Assembly (NCBI GenBank): GCA_977018835.1
Contig: OZ361256.1
Coordinates: forward strand, 2,108,001-2,172,000
Source of the DNA: Minutocellus sp. GHC0000111
Taxonomy: Eukaryota
Length of the DNA stretch: 64,000 nucleotides
Reading direction: 5' to 3'
Part shown: piece after piece, positions 1-9,532 of the stretch
Layout of the letters: every line of letters begins with the position of its first letter
Position numbering within the stretch: the stretch's first letter is position 1
Notes under the pieces: model-generated
What the model was told of the DNA's origin: nothing
The model's input: the letters and a program-made list of their open reading frames with translations, nothing else
Databases searched by the model: none
Translations under genes and position numbers: made by a program

Positions 1-1575
1 GGACGCTCTCTTGGACGCCTCCTTCTCCCGCGCCTCATGCTTGGCAACCTCGGCATCGATCTGCCGGATGGAGTCGATGCACGCCTTCTTCTGCTCCGAG
101 TTGAGCTGGGAGGCCTGCTTCATCCGACCGAGGACGGCCACCTTCTTCTTCTTGTAGCTGTGATGCGCCTGCCGGGCGGCCCGGGCGATGGTGACGGCGT
201 CTCCATGGGCGGCGATGCCCTTGTTCAGCTCGACGACGTGGGCGTTGCTCTTGCACACGTCCAGGTCGGCCAGCTCGGCGTGGTGCGATGGCTCGTAGAT
301 GTGCCGGTAGGTGGCCAAGAGCGACGCGGCCGTGTGGTCCAGATTGAACTCGAGGAGCTCGCAGTAGGTGTGGACCAGGGCGGCGAACGTCACGGCCAGC
401 AGCTCCGGCTTGCACGATGGAGCGATTTGGGGCGCGGTGGGATAGTACGGTGCGTGGTGTTGAGGACGCTGTTGCTGTTGTTGGTGCTGCTCAACCTTGG
501 CACTGGCATTTGTGGTGACTGTGGTGGCAGCTGCAGCAGCATCCGGAATCACATGCACCTTCTTTGCTTCGTCTCCTTCATCTGCTGCCCCCTTGCCATC
601 TCCAGCCGCAGCCGCAGCCACAGCCTCCATCGCTGCTGTTGCTTTTGCCTCGGCCGCCACCTGCTGGGCCCGTTCCACTACCGATCCCACCGTGGCCGTC
701 GTAACATTGGTGCCAGTACCTCCCCCATGAGGAGCAGCACCGGGTGCATCGTCCGGCAACGACAGCACCCAGGTCTGCAGCGCCGTGAACGCTCGGACGA
801 ACTTGCGCGCCTCATCCTGCCCCCGCCGGTCCTTGTCGTCCTCCGCCTTCTTGTCTTCGGCGGGTGGTGGACCAGTGGGAGCGTCTTTCTTATCATCTGC
901 ATCCTTTTTATCGGTGGCAGTAGCATCCGCATCTGCATCCGCCGCCACAACGCCCGAAATGGCCTCGGTGACAATGTCCTCCTCGGTCTCCACCCCGGCG
1001 TTGCCGTCGCCGCAGCCCCACATGGCCATGTGCGGCGCCGAATCGAGGTCGTACCCCATTCCCCCGCCCGTGCTGAGGACGAGGGGGGTCCGGGCGTGCT
1101 GCGCCAGCTTGTCCTCCTCGTCGAGGTCCATGGCCACGGCCTCCTCGTCTTCGTCTTCCTCATTGTCGCCACCGTCGTCACCGTCGCCCTTCTTTCCACC
1201 CTTTTTGCTGCCCTTTTTGGATTTGCCCTTTTTGGACGAGGCATCCTTGTCCTTGTCACCCTCCTTCTCTGCCTCGGCCTCCTCGGCCTGCTGCTCCTTC
1301 CACCTCTTCTCGGCGCGGAGGCTCCGTCCGAGCTCTATCGCCGCCCCGTCCAAACCGCGCTTGCGCAGGTAGGCCAGAACGGCCTCGTCGGAGGGGTCCG
1401 ACGCGGCATCGTTGTTGTTTCTGTCACCGTTGTTGGTGGTGGTGGTGGCGGCGTTGCCGGCGGTGGTGGTACTCTGCTCGGCGGCGGCGGCCTGCTGGGC
1501 ATCGTCCGACGGTGCCGGTGCGGCGGCAGCGGCGGACTTTTTGCTGGTGCCTCCGCGAGACGATCGACGGCTCAT
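1..1575 (-). CDS. TAF5: TFIID subunit 5 (WD40), copy A, 5' part only; runs off the left edge of the window
   Basis: Sequence matches 13133-14707, the 5' half of the full TAF5 ORF. ATG at 1575 (MSRRSSRGG). LisH-like AVLAYLRKRG. Confidence 0.85.
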   Translation of the reverse strand, partial: MSRRSSRGGTSKKSAAAAAPAPSDDAQQAAAAEQSTTTAGNAATTTTNNGDRNNNDAASDPSDEAVLAYLRKRGLDGAAIELGRSLRAEKRWKEQQAEEAEAEKEGDKDKDASSKKGKSKKGSKKGGKKGDGDDGGDNEEDEDEEAVAMDLDEEDKLAQHARTPLVLSTGGGMGYDLDSAPHMAMWGCGDGNAGVETEEDIVTEAISGVVAADADADATATDKKDADDKKDAPTGPPPAEDKKAEDDKDRRGQDEARKFVRAFTALQTWVLSLPDDAPGAAPHGGGTGTNVTTATVGSVVERAQQVAAEAKATAAMEAVAAAAAGDGKGAADEGDEAKKVHVIPDAAAAATTVTTNASAKVEQHQQQQQRPQHHAPYYPTAPQIAPSCKPELLAVTFAALVHTYCELLEFNLDHTAASLLATYRHIYEPSHHAELADLDVCKSNAHVVELNKGIAAHGDAVTIARAARQAHHSYKKKKVAVLGRMKQASQLNSEQKKACIDSIRQIDAEVAKHEAREKEASKRAS

Positions 1576-2220
1576 GACGGTGGCCGATTCCCTCCTTTCC
1601 AATTCCGATGGTTTGTCAATGCAATTACGACGTCCGGTGGTATCTTTACCCCCTTACTTGGTCGAGTGAGCGGATTTTATGGATCGGAGGATGATGATGC
1701 GTCGTGCCGGACTGGGACCATTGGTGCCCAGAAAGCAACGGGCTCGAAGTATCCAACGAAGCAAGCAACGCTGAACGATCCAAAGCCCCGCAGGATACCA
1801 AAGGCAACGGCAGAAAGCGAAGGGGGCTTGAGACAAGCTTCACACCAGACTCTAGCCTACCAGTCAACGTTGTGGCCACCCACCATCGGCCATCGTCGGC
1901 TCGTCGTGCTTGTGGCAGAAGGTGTATTTTGAGTTTTCTCAAAGATGACGTCATGCAGACGACGACTGCAAAAACCTCTCATTTTCGACCCAAGTTGCGT
2001 TGGCAGAGGGTCGGTAGCTCCGGTATCAACATCTCCCTCCTTGCCAAGCAAAGAGAGCCAAACCCCAAAGATACATACGTTCGGGCGGGAGCGAGGCAAT
2101 ACAGGCTGGTTTTCCTGGGCCCGTGCTCCTTTTTTGGGTTTCTACGTAGGCCGCCTTTCTACATCACGGCGAAAAAGCAGCACATCTTTTGGGTTGTTCA
2201 AGAGGGCGAGAGAGGTGACA

Positions 2221-2244
2221 GCTTCGCTTCGCTTCGCTTCGCTT
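2221..2244. repeat. (GCTTC)n pentanucleotide microsatellite upstream of PAN3
   Basis: gcttcgcttcgcttcgcttcgctt; also present in copy B near 15353-15376. Confidence 0.8.
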
Positions 2245-2333
2245 TGGTTAGTGTATTGGTTTGCGTAGATTTGTCGCTAGCTAGGAGGTGAATTCCATTT
2301 CTAGTTGTCGTCGGTTGCTTCGTACCAATCAGC

Positions 2334-4343
2334 ATGGATCAGCTCACGGCGAATCTCGGCCAGCTGTCCACTACCGCGAGAGAGTGGACTCCCGGCGGTG
2401 GCGCTACTGCTACTGGCGGCAATACCAACACCGGTGGAAGCGCCCCCAACTCCCCCCTCCGTCCGGCCATGCCCGGACCGTCCGCCACGGCCAACGAGTG
2501 GCAGCCCCTGCCGCAGGCGCAGAACGTCGGCGGGGCGGCTGGTGGGCTGCAGGGACTGGGCAAGACGCGCGGAGGCGGTGGTGGTGGGCTGATGCTCGGC
2601 CATAGCGGCGCGGCGGCCGGCCATGGCGGCAGGGCCGTTTCGGCGGACAGCGCCGGCGTAGGAGGAGGAGGAGCCGCCAAGGAGTTTGTTCCGGGAGTGG
2701 GTCTGCGATCGGCCTCGGAGGGCGATGGGATTCGCGAGTTTGTCCCCGGTGTGGGCATGACCACAGGCGAGGTGTCTCAGCAGCAGCAGCAGCAGCAGGA
2801 AATGGCTGCCAACACTGCCACAGCCGGCCCCACCACGACGGGTGCACCCCCGCCGCCCGCCACCTCCCTCTCCTCCGCCCGCACCCTGCACAGCCTCGGC
2901 CTGCCGGAAGACCTGTGGGCGCACTACCGCGATCTCGACATGGAATCCAGCCGGCAGATGGACCCGACCGACCCGCGTCATCGGGCCGTCCCCCCTGGCT
3001 ACGTCGGTGCGTACCCCCTCGACCTCGACGAGCAGCGCGATCCCGGCATCAGCAACAAGAAGCGATCGACCTTTGGATATCCCACCATGTGCTTTCGGGT
3101 GACGTCGCAGGACGACGGGCGGTTGTACTGCTTGAGAAGGATGGACTCCGTCCGATGCGTCAGTCCCAAGATTGCCGCCAGCGTCAAGGAGGTTTGGGTC
3201 AGTGCAGTCGATCCCAGTTTGAGTGGCAACTCGCGCAACAGCAGTGCCGCCGCCAATGCCGCGGCGGGCATCCCACCGCCCCGGTTGGTCGATCATCCCA
3301 ACATGGTGCGATTCTACAAGGCCTTTGTGTCGCAACGAGCGGTCTTCTTTGTCCACAGGTACCATCCGGGTGCACGGACTTTGCTGGAACGGTACCTGCA
3401 GGGTGGCGTCCCCCTGCCATTGCCGGAGGATTTGCTATGGAGCATCGTGACGCAGCTGGTCGGTGTCGTCAAGGCCGTCCATGGGTCCAACCTGGCCGTC
3501 CGGACGTTGCAGATGAACCACATCCTTTGTACCACCGAGGCTGGGATTGGTGCCGTCGGTGCGGCCAGCAGTCCCGTCGGTGGCCGGGTTCGCATCCGTG
3601 TCAATTGCATCGGCATTCCCGATGCCTTGGAGTTTGAAGCACGCAAGCCGTTGGCGGACCTTCAGAGGGAGGATATGTTTTCCCTGGGACGTGTCATCAT
3701 GTCGTTGGCGACTGGTACGGAGATCTTGCCCGCTGATATTACCAACAACCAAACCATGGCCCAGTGCGAGCAGTACATTTCCGGTCAGTACAGTCGATCT
3801 CTGCTATCGTTGATTATGAACTTGGTCCGTCCACGGAACATGACTAATGATCCACCGACCATCTTTGACGTGGCGGGTATGGTCGCTCAGCGCGCCTTTG
3901 ACGAACTGTCAGCCGCCCAGATTGCAGTAGATAAGGTGGACGAATCACTTGCCAATGAGTACGAAGCAGGCCGCGCCCTCCGGCTGCTGCTCAAGTTGGG
4001 CTTCATCAACGAACGACCCGAGTTTGGCGTGGACAGTCGCTGGTCCGAGACCGGCGACAACTACGTCCTCAAACTCTTTCGGGACTTTGTCTTTCATCAG
4101 GCGGATGGCAATGGCCGGCCAGTTATGGACCTTGGCCATGTCGTGACGGCACTTAACAAGCTCGATGCCGCCGATGACGAGAAGATCGTCTTGGTTTCCA
4201 GGGATGGTAGGAATGTCTTGGTGGTGAGTTATGCCGACGTTGCTCGATGCCTGGAGAATGCGTATGGAGAACTGTGCGATGGTTCTGTCCCTCCAGCGAG
4301 TATAAGGGCACCGCCGATGGGTGGTGGTTCGAGGGGTTATTGA
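2334..4343 (+). CDS. PAN3: PAN2-PAN3 deadenylase subunit PAN3 (pseudokinase), intact copy
   Basis: 669-aa ORF. C-terminal knob LLLKLGFINERPEF..WSETGDNYVLKLFRDFVFHQ is diagnostic of PAN3. PAM2-like AKEFVP motifs in the N-terminus. Confidence 0.95.
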   Translation: MDQLTANLGQLSTTAREWTPGGGATATGGNTNTGGSAPNSPLRPAMPGPSATANEWQPLPQAQNVGGAAGGLQGLGKTRGGGGGGLMLGHSGAAAGHGGRAVSADSAGVGGGGAAKEFVPGVGLRSASEGDGIREFVPGVGMTTGEVSQQQQQQQEMAANTATAGPTTTGAPPPPATSLSSARTLHSLGLPEDLWAHYRDLDMESSRQMDPTDPRHRAVPPGYVGAYPLDLDEQRDPGISNKKRSTFGYPTMCFRVTSQDDGRLYCLRRMDSVRCVSPKIAASVKEVWVSAVDPSLSGNSRNSSAAANAAAGIPPPRLVDHPNMVRFYKAFVSQRAVFFVHRYHPGARTLLERYLQGGVPLPLPEDLLWSIVTQLVGVVKAVHGSNLAVRTLQMNHILCTTEAGIGAVGAASSPVGGRVRIRVNCIGIPDALEFEARKPLADLQREDMFSLGRVIMSLATGTEILPADITNNQTMAQCEQYISGQYSRSLLSLIMNLVRPRNMTNDPPTIFDVAGMVAQRAFDELSAAQIAVDKVDESLANEYEAGRALRLLLKLGFINERPEFGVDSRWSETGDNYVLKLFRDFVFHQADGNGRPVMDLGHVVTALNKLDAADDEKIVLVSRDGRNVLVVSYADVARCLENAYGELCDGSVPPASIRAPPMGGGSRGY

Positions 4344-4598
4344 GAGGAGGAAAGGGGGAGAGCGTAAGCGGGCGGTAACGAAAGTATAAAGAAAAGAATA
4401 CTAAAGTTATAAAAAGGAAGATTAATTGTTATTGCTGCGTACAACATGTTGATTCAAACCCCCTTTTGGCTCTATTGTTTTGTCCAGGAGAACATACATT
4501 GTACTCTTTTTCTATGATGTGATATAATTAGAGTAATAATATGTCATTCAACTTTCGTCCTTGGACGATTGACTACTAGTACTAGACAGTAGAAACTC

Positions 4599-5183
4599 CT
4601 AGTCCATTAGATCAACCTCAAAGCCTGTGAACCTCACCTCCCTAATCTCCTCATCTCGAAAGTCAGTTTCGACGATGAACCCCGGCAGATTTGGGTTTGG
4701 AACAGGACCAAAGGTCATGTGCAAGGAAATCCTCCTACCACCCCACAATCCTCCAACACCATGTGTGTCAGGCTCAAACATATAGTAAACCTCGAAATAC
4801 TCGTCACCCACAGAGCTCAGTGCGTCCGATTCATGGTATTCGGACAAAACTGCAACAAGAATTCCATTTAGGCGGATTTCGGCCTCTGCTACCTTGGTGA
4901 TGGGACAAAGTGTCGGGTCGTCACATGTAAGTGTTAGCTCATGCTCTCTAAAAGCGAAATCGTCGATATATTCAGCTCTCGCCATCTTGCCATGCGCATA
5001 CACCGGCGAGCCGCCCTTTCCAGCTATCTCGACCCTGCCATTTCTCGATGCGTACTCCAGTGCCTTGGTGCGTTCTGCTTCGAGCTCCTCTTTTTTCTTT
5101 TGAAGCTGTTTGTTCTCCTCCTCGAGATCGACGGCCACCTTTTCCTTGAAGACGGCGGCTACAAATTTGACTAGATCGAACAT
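4599..5183 (-). CDS. Hypothetical protein with N-terminal coiled coil, intact copy
   Basis: 194-aa ORF (MFDLVKFVAAVFKEKV..VEIAGKGGSPVYAHG) flanked by AT-rich non-coding DNA. Confidence 0.7.
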   Translation of the reverse strand: MFDLVKFVAAVFKEKVAVDLEEENKQLQKKKEELEAERTKALEYASRNGRVEIAGKGGSPVYAHGKMARAEYIDDFAFREHELTLTCDDPTLCPITKVAEAEIRLNGILVAVLSEYHESDALSSVGDEYFEVYYMFEPDTHGVGGLWGGRRISLHMTFGPVPNPNLPGFIVETDFRDEEIREVRFTGFEVDLMD

Positions 5184-5434
5184 TGCGCTTCGATGGTTAC
5201 TCTTGCTTGTAGGACCGACCCTGTAGTGAACATTTGAAGTTCGAAATGTAAAATTTGTTTTGAAAATACTACGATCGTAGCCAGTAGGAATTCCTACATC
5301 TGCCGAATCGATCGAAAATATTTTTCTTTATTTACGTAAGCCTGTATGTCTATGTTTTAATGCGACTTGACAAACATACAGCGCCTCTATGCTGCCCAGG
5401 CCCAATCGCCAAATCTATAAATCGACATGCGAGC

Positions 5435-6010
5435 CTAAGCCTTGGCATTACGGGCGGCCCGACGGTCGGCACGGCTGGTGGCGTGATAACCGGTACGGAT
5501 GGGGGCGACGGAACGGCTGGAGCCGCAGTCGGAGCAGTTGCAAAAGTGGAGACGGGTGGCCTGGTCCTTGACGAGCTCGGTGTTGGGACTGCGGCACATC
5601 TGGCAGGTGACGTACTCGACGATGTACTTGCGCAGCAGGGATTCGATGTACTTGGGCACGTACTTGCCCCGGATGACGAGGCGCTGGTTGCCATCGATCG
5701 ACCCCTCGGTACCGAGCTCGGCCATGAAGAACTGGAAGACGTGCTCGGGGGGACGCTGCATCATGGTGCAGATCTCCTGGAAGTTGACCCACAGGGTCTT
5801 CTTGGTGCCGACGCGGGTGAGCTGGGGGGGCTTCATGTTGCGCCGCTTCTTCTCGATGAGGTCGGGGTTGTGCGCGTGGAGGATGCCCACGACGCGGTCG
5901 AGGAGCTCGGAGTAGGTGTAGTCGGCCTTGCGGTCGTGGGGGTCCTCGGTGACCTCCTGGCGGGCCTCGTCCTCGGCGACGATGGTGCGCTGGGTGGCCA
6001 GGTCCTCCTC
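5435..6010 (-). pseudogene. EIF2S2: 5'-truncated eIF2-beta (copy A), cut by the duplication junction
   Basis: Matches 18538-19113 apart from one substitution. Lacks the first 56 codons, including the poly-Lys box. Junction DNA supplies in-frame ATGs at 6055 and 6073. Confidence 0.85.
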
Positions 6011-6153
6011 TGTCCCTAGATCGCAGAAATATTCTGGAGATCGCAGCGAAAACATTTGCGAAAATACACACATACTCAAAGAATGATAGGATAAACATGC
6101 ATATTTAGAGGATTATAAATATATACAAAAGGAAGCATCAAACGAATGTTGAC

Positions 6154-6869
6154 TTAGTGACCGCCAATGATGGGGAGAGCGTCGATGTTGCCCATCATCT
6201 CGTGGGTCATGAGGCCAAGGATGCCAATCTGTGCGGCACGACCATTGTTCAGCTCAACGCTGCGCTTCTTCTTCTTGGTGGCCTCATCAAGCTTGTCCCA
6301 GCCAAAATCAAGAGCACCGTTGCGGAAATCACCTGGGAATTCTCCAGTACCGGTGAAATCACGGTTCGCCATCTCCATCATCGTCCAGGTTCCAATCATC
6401 TGAGCCCACACCATGCCAGGAACGGCGGGGAGGGCGGCAAATCCAGCGGGAATGTCCTCGGCTCCAGGGAATCGAACGCCGGCCTGGAGAATGAAGAGTG
6501 GGGAAGTAGCGACGAAAGCTCGGATGTGAGTGAAATAGTTCTTTCATGAAAGTAGCGGCAATTCACAAATGGATATGCAAAGATACCAGCACGTAGCATC
6601 AGACTTACATATGTGACAATGTATCCAACAAAGGCAAGCATGGCAACGCGGCCGTGCTTGAGCTCGATGTATCGGAGGTTGTCGAACTGCTCCTGATCAC
6701 CGTCCTTGGGATCACCCAAAACGCCAAGAGGATCGAAGCAGCCGAGGGGAGCCTGGGCACCGACCTCTGCTGTAAGATCAGCCGCGAGGGCGGTACTGGC
6801 CTTGCCGGTCTGGGCAGGAGCAAAAGCGGCGGCGCCGACAAGGAGGGTGGAGAGGATAACACACTTCAT
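6154..6869 (-). CDS. Lhcf: Fucoxanthin-chlorophyll a/c light-harvesting protein (Lhcf); exons 6869-6609 and 6483-6154
   Basis: Signal peptide plus AAFAP motif; GAQAPLG.FDPLG; ELKHGRVAMLA; ELNNGRAAQ. A 125-bp GTAAGT..CAG phase-0 intron (6484-6608) joins the two ORF halves into ~196 aa. Confidence 0.95.
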
Positions 6870-7637
6870 TGTTATTGTTTTAGGCTTGGATTGAGAATAA
6901 ATGACATCGATGGGTGGAAGTTCGAAGCGTCGCGTGGTCTCAAAACTTAAAGCTTGGATCTCTCGCAAATTTGATTTGAGCAGCACAAGTTCTCAGACTC
7001 AATATTTCTGTTTGAGCTGGCATGACGAGATATCGAAGCCATTCTCCTTGAAAAGCTGAACAATGGTCGGATGACGAGGCGACAGCCAAACTGGTGTGCG
7101 CCTGCGATGTTCGAAAGGCAAGACTAAGCTGCGGAGAGACCTGACTATTGTTGACGCCCGGGTTTATGACGCCGTCTGCCAGCCAGCTGTACCGGTATGA
7201 GCCCTCTCCGCCGCGCCCCTTCTTGTCTTCCGGATGGCTCCCAACCGAGGCTGTAGTCCATCCAAATACATGCACGATATGCAAAAACTGCTTCTCACAA
7301 ATCTAATGAAATTTGTTTTTACACAGTTTTAAGGTGTAGCTCTACTCTCCATGCAGTTCTTTGTGTATGGTTGAGGGACTCCACCCAGATACTTTTCCAC
7401 CAAGCGAAGAACCGAGCGAGTCAAATCGTCTCGCGATCCTTCTCTCCTCCTGCACAACGATATCAAATCTCCAACTACTGGGACCTCGACACGATGGCAT
7501 CCTCCCACATCTCATCAAGATACGCATGCTGATCCGATCATTTAGTTGCAACCCGACGCCCGACGCCGACCTGCTCAATCCGACCCGCACACCCGCAACT
7601 CTTGTTCGTTTTTATTTCGTACTCCAACACACACAGC

Positions 7638-7979
7638 TTAGGCGACGGGCTGGTCCACGCGGTTGCCATACTCGTCCATGTACACGGTCTCCCCGGTCTT
7701 CTCGTCGATGAATTCGGTCCACTCCTTGTTCTGGGGGATGAGTCCCTCGTAAAGGGCGGGGTCGTTGTCGACCCACTGCTCCTTGCCGACGATGTCGGTG
7801 ATGGTCTCTCCCTGGGCCTCGAGGACGGCCTCGACCTCGGCACCGGGCTTGGTGTCGAGGTGCTCCACCTCAACGACGAGGGGAGGCTCCTCGAACTGAT
7901 GGAGCGGAGGGGGGCTGGACAGGGTCCACTCGAGGGAATCGGTAACGAGGGGGACGACGACATTCTCGCCCTCCGACAT
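7638..7979 (-). CDS. Probable nucleus-encoded C-terminal piece of cytochrome c oxidase subunit 1 (Cox1-c) with an acidic extension
   Basis: 113-aa ORF with strong GC3 bias. It contains SLEWTLSSPPPLHQFEEPP, matching the Cox1 C-terminal LEW...SPP..H.F.E.P motif. Confidence 0.75.
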   Translation of the reverse strand: MSEGENVVVPLVTDSLEWTLSSPPPLHQFEEPPLVVEVEHLDTKPGAEVEAVLEAQGETITDIVGKEQWVDNDPALYEGLIPQNKEWTEFIDEKTGETVYMDEYGNRVDQPVA

Positions 7980-8570
7980 GGCGGCGGAAAAAGCACGGAC
8001 ACCGACGGCGGCCGGTCTCGGTGCTGAAGTTAAAATTATCCGAGAAACAAGGCGCCCGCACGAAAAGCAAAATCCAACCCAATATAGACCACAACATACA
8101 TAGGAATCCGACCGGGAAGCAAGAGAGAAGGAGAGGAAGCAAAGGAGGTTAGTTCAGTTTCATGCACGGTATCCAGCCACCACACAAAAAGAACCCGGAC
8201 CCGAGAGAGTGCCGATGGGGGAAATATGTGCTCTTTTCTGCTGGAGGCCGGCCTAAAAGATACCAGCCGACCAACACCATCACATTAAACACCCGATCAG
8301 ATACACGATAACGCACCTGCCGAAGCCAACCGAAGGGCAGCGGGGCGCACAGCAGTTCGTACGGCGGAGAGCATCTTGGCAATTCGTTTTTGAGGGAACG
8401 GTGGGGTTGCGGTTGGCGACGGAAAGACTGTATACGTAAAGGTAGCTGTACTGTTTTTTGCATCCGTTGAGCTCGGACCAAAAATTGCGCCAACACGATT
8501 TATTATGGCAGGAGGCATTGCTAAGCACGCGTATTAGATTCCTCTCCATTTGAGCTTTTACATTGCGAAA

Positions 8571-9434
8571 ATGACCATCTACACCGTCATTGGCAAGGAG
8601 GAGGATGGTGCCGTGCTTGTGGAGTCCTCGCATGAGGGCATTGAGGGCAATTATCCCCTCATCGCCACGCAACTTCTCGAGAGATTGAGGGACGATCCAA
8701 GCCTTGTTCCCAATGGCAATCGCAAGACCTTTATCCATCGAGAAGACATTGAAACCGGCGGTAACTTTGCCGTCTGCGGTGGTAGCGACAGCCTTTGGGG
8801 TTTGGGTGCATCGTCCTGGTTCGGCGGTGGCGGAGGTGGCAATAGCTCTTCTGGTGCAGCAACTTCTGGCGCTGGCACCATTTCGGGCGGCCTCGATCAC
8901 TACTTTCATGTCCTCCACGGCGAATCAGCGTTTTACATCTGCCTCTCTGACGATACTGGACGGCAAACGGGTGTGAATTTCACCTATCTGGAAGATCTGC
9001 AGCGAGACTTTGCCGCGAAGTACACACCAAACAAAATCAACAGAGCCAAGGCCTATGGAATGGACAAGGCCTTCCGCCCTGCCATTGAGAAGCTGGCCCA
9101 CCACTACAATGTCAATCGGGAAGACATGGCGACTGACCAACGCATCGTGCAACTGTCGTCTCAGGTGGACGACCTCAAAAACGTGGTGGGCAAGAACATT
9201 GGGCTGATATTGCAACGAGGTGAATCGATTGGGCAGCTTGCAACGAAATCCGAACAAATGGAAGCCGATGCAAGTGTATTCAAGAAGCGATCGACGACTC
9301 TCAAGAGGAAAATGTGCTGGGAGAACCTAAAGGCCAACTTGACATTGATTTTGGTCGCGGTAGCACTGATTGTATTTTTAGCCCTTGCGATATGTGGTGG
9401 AGGAAAGTGCAAAGCGCCAGCGGATGATGACTAA
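8571..9434 (+). CDS. VAMP7: Longin R-SNARE (VAMP7/VAMP71 family)
   Basis: Longin domain (FHVLHGE..FYICLSD; FTYLEDLQRDF), synaptobrevin coil (NIGLILQRGESIGQLATKSEQM..FKK) and a C-terminal TM helix. Confidence 0.9.
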   Translation: MTIYTVIGKEEDGAVLVESSHEGIEGNYPLIATQLLERLRDDPSLVPNGNRKTFIHREDIETGGNFAVCGGSDSLWGLGASSWFGGGGGGNSSSGAATSGAGTISGGLDHYFHVLHGESAFYICLSDDTGRQTGVNFTYLEDLQRDFAAKYTPNKINRAKAYGMDKAFRPAIEKLAHHYNVNREDMATDQRIVQLSSQVDDLKNVVGKNIGLILQRGESIGQLATKSEQMEADASVFKKRSTTLKRKMCWENLKANLTLILVAVALIVFLALAICGGGKCKAPADDD

Positions 9435-9532
9435 TGGTGGTCTTTTGATTTGCTTGTGGGTGCAATGAGCGAGAGATTTGTGTTCACACAAAATCCATGT
9501 ATGTTTATCACTAGTAGATGATTTATTCTCAA

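Larger units (their letters stand above)
1..6010. repeat. Segmental duplication, copy A (left end outside the window)
   Basis: Colinear near-identity with 13133-19113. The offset is 13132 at the start and 13103 at the end. Identity stops abruptly after ggtcctcctc at 6010. Confidence 0.97.

Noticed and set aside
37..1932. 631-aa + strand ORF (and its copy at 13169-15064)
   Set aside because: In-register antisense shadow of GC3-rich TAF5, with L/V/G-rich composition and no motifs.
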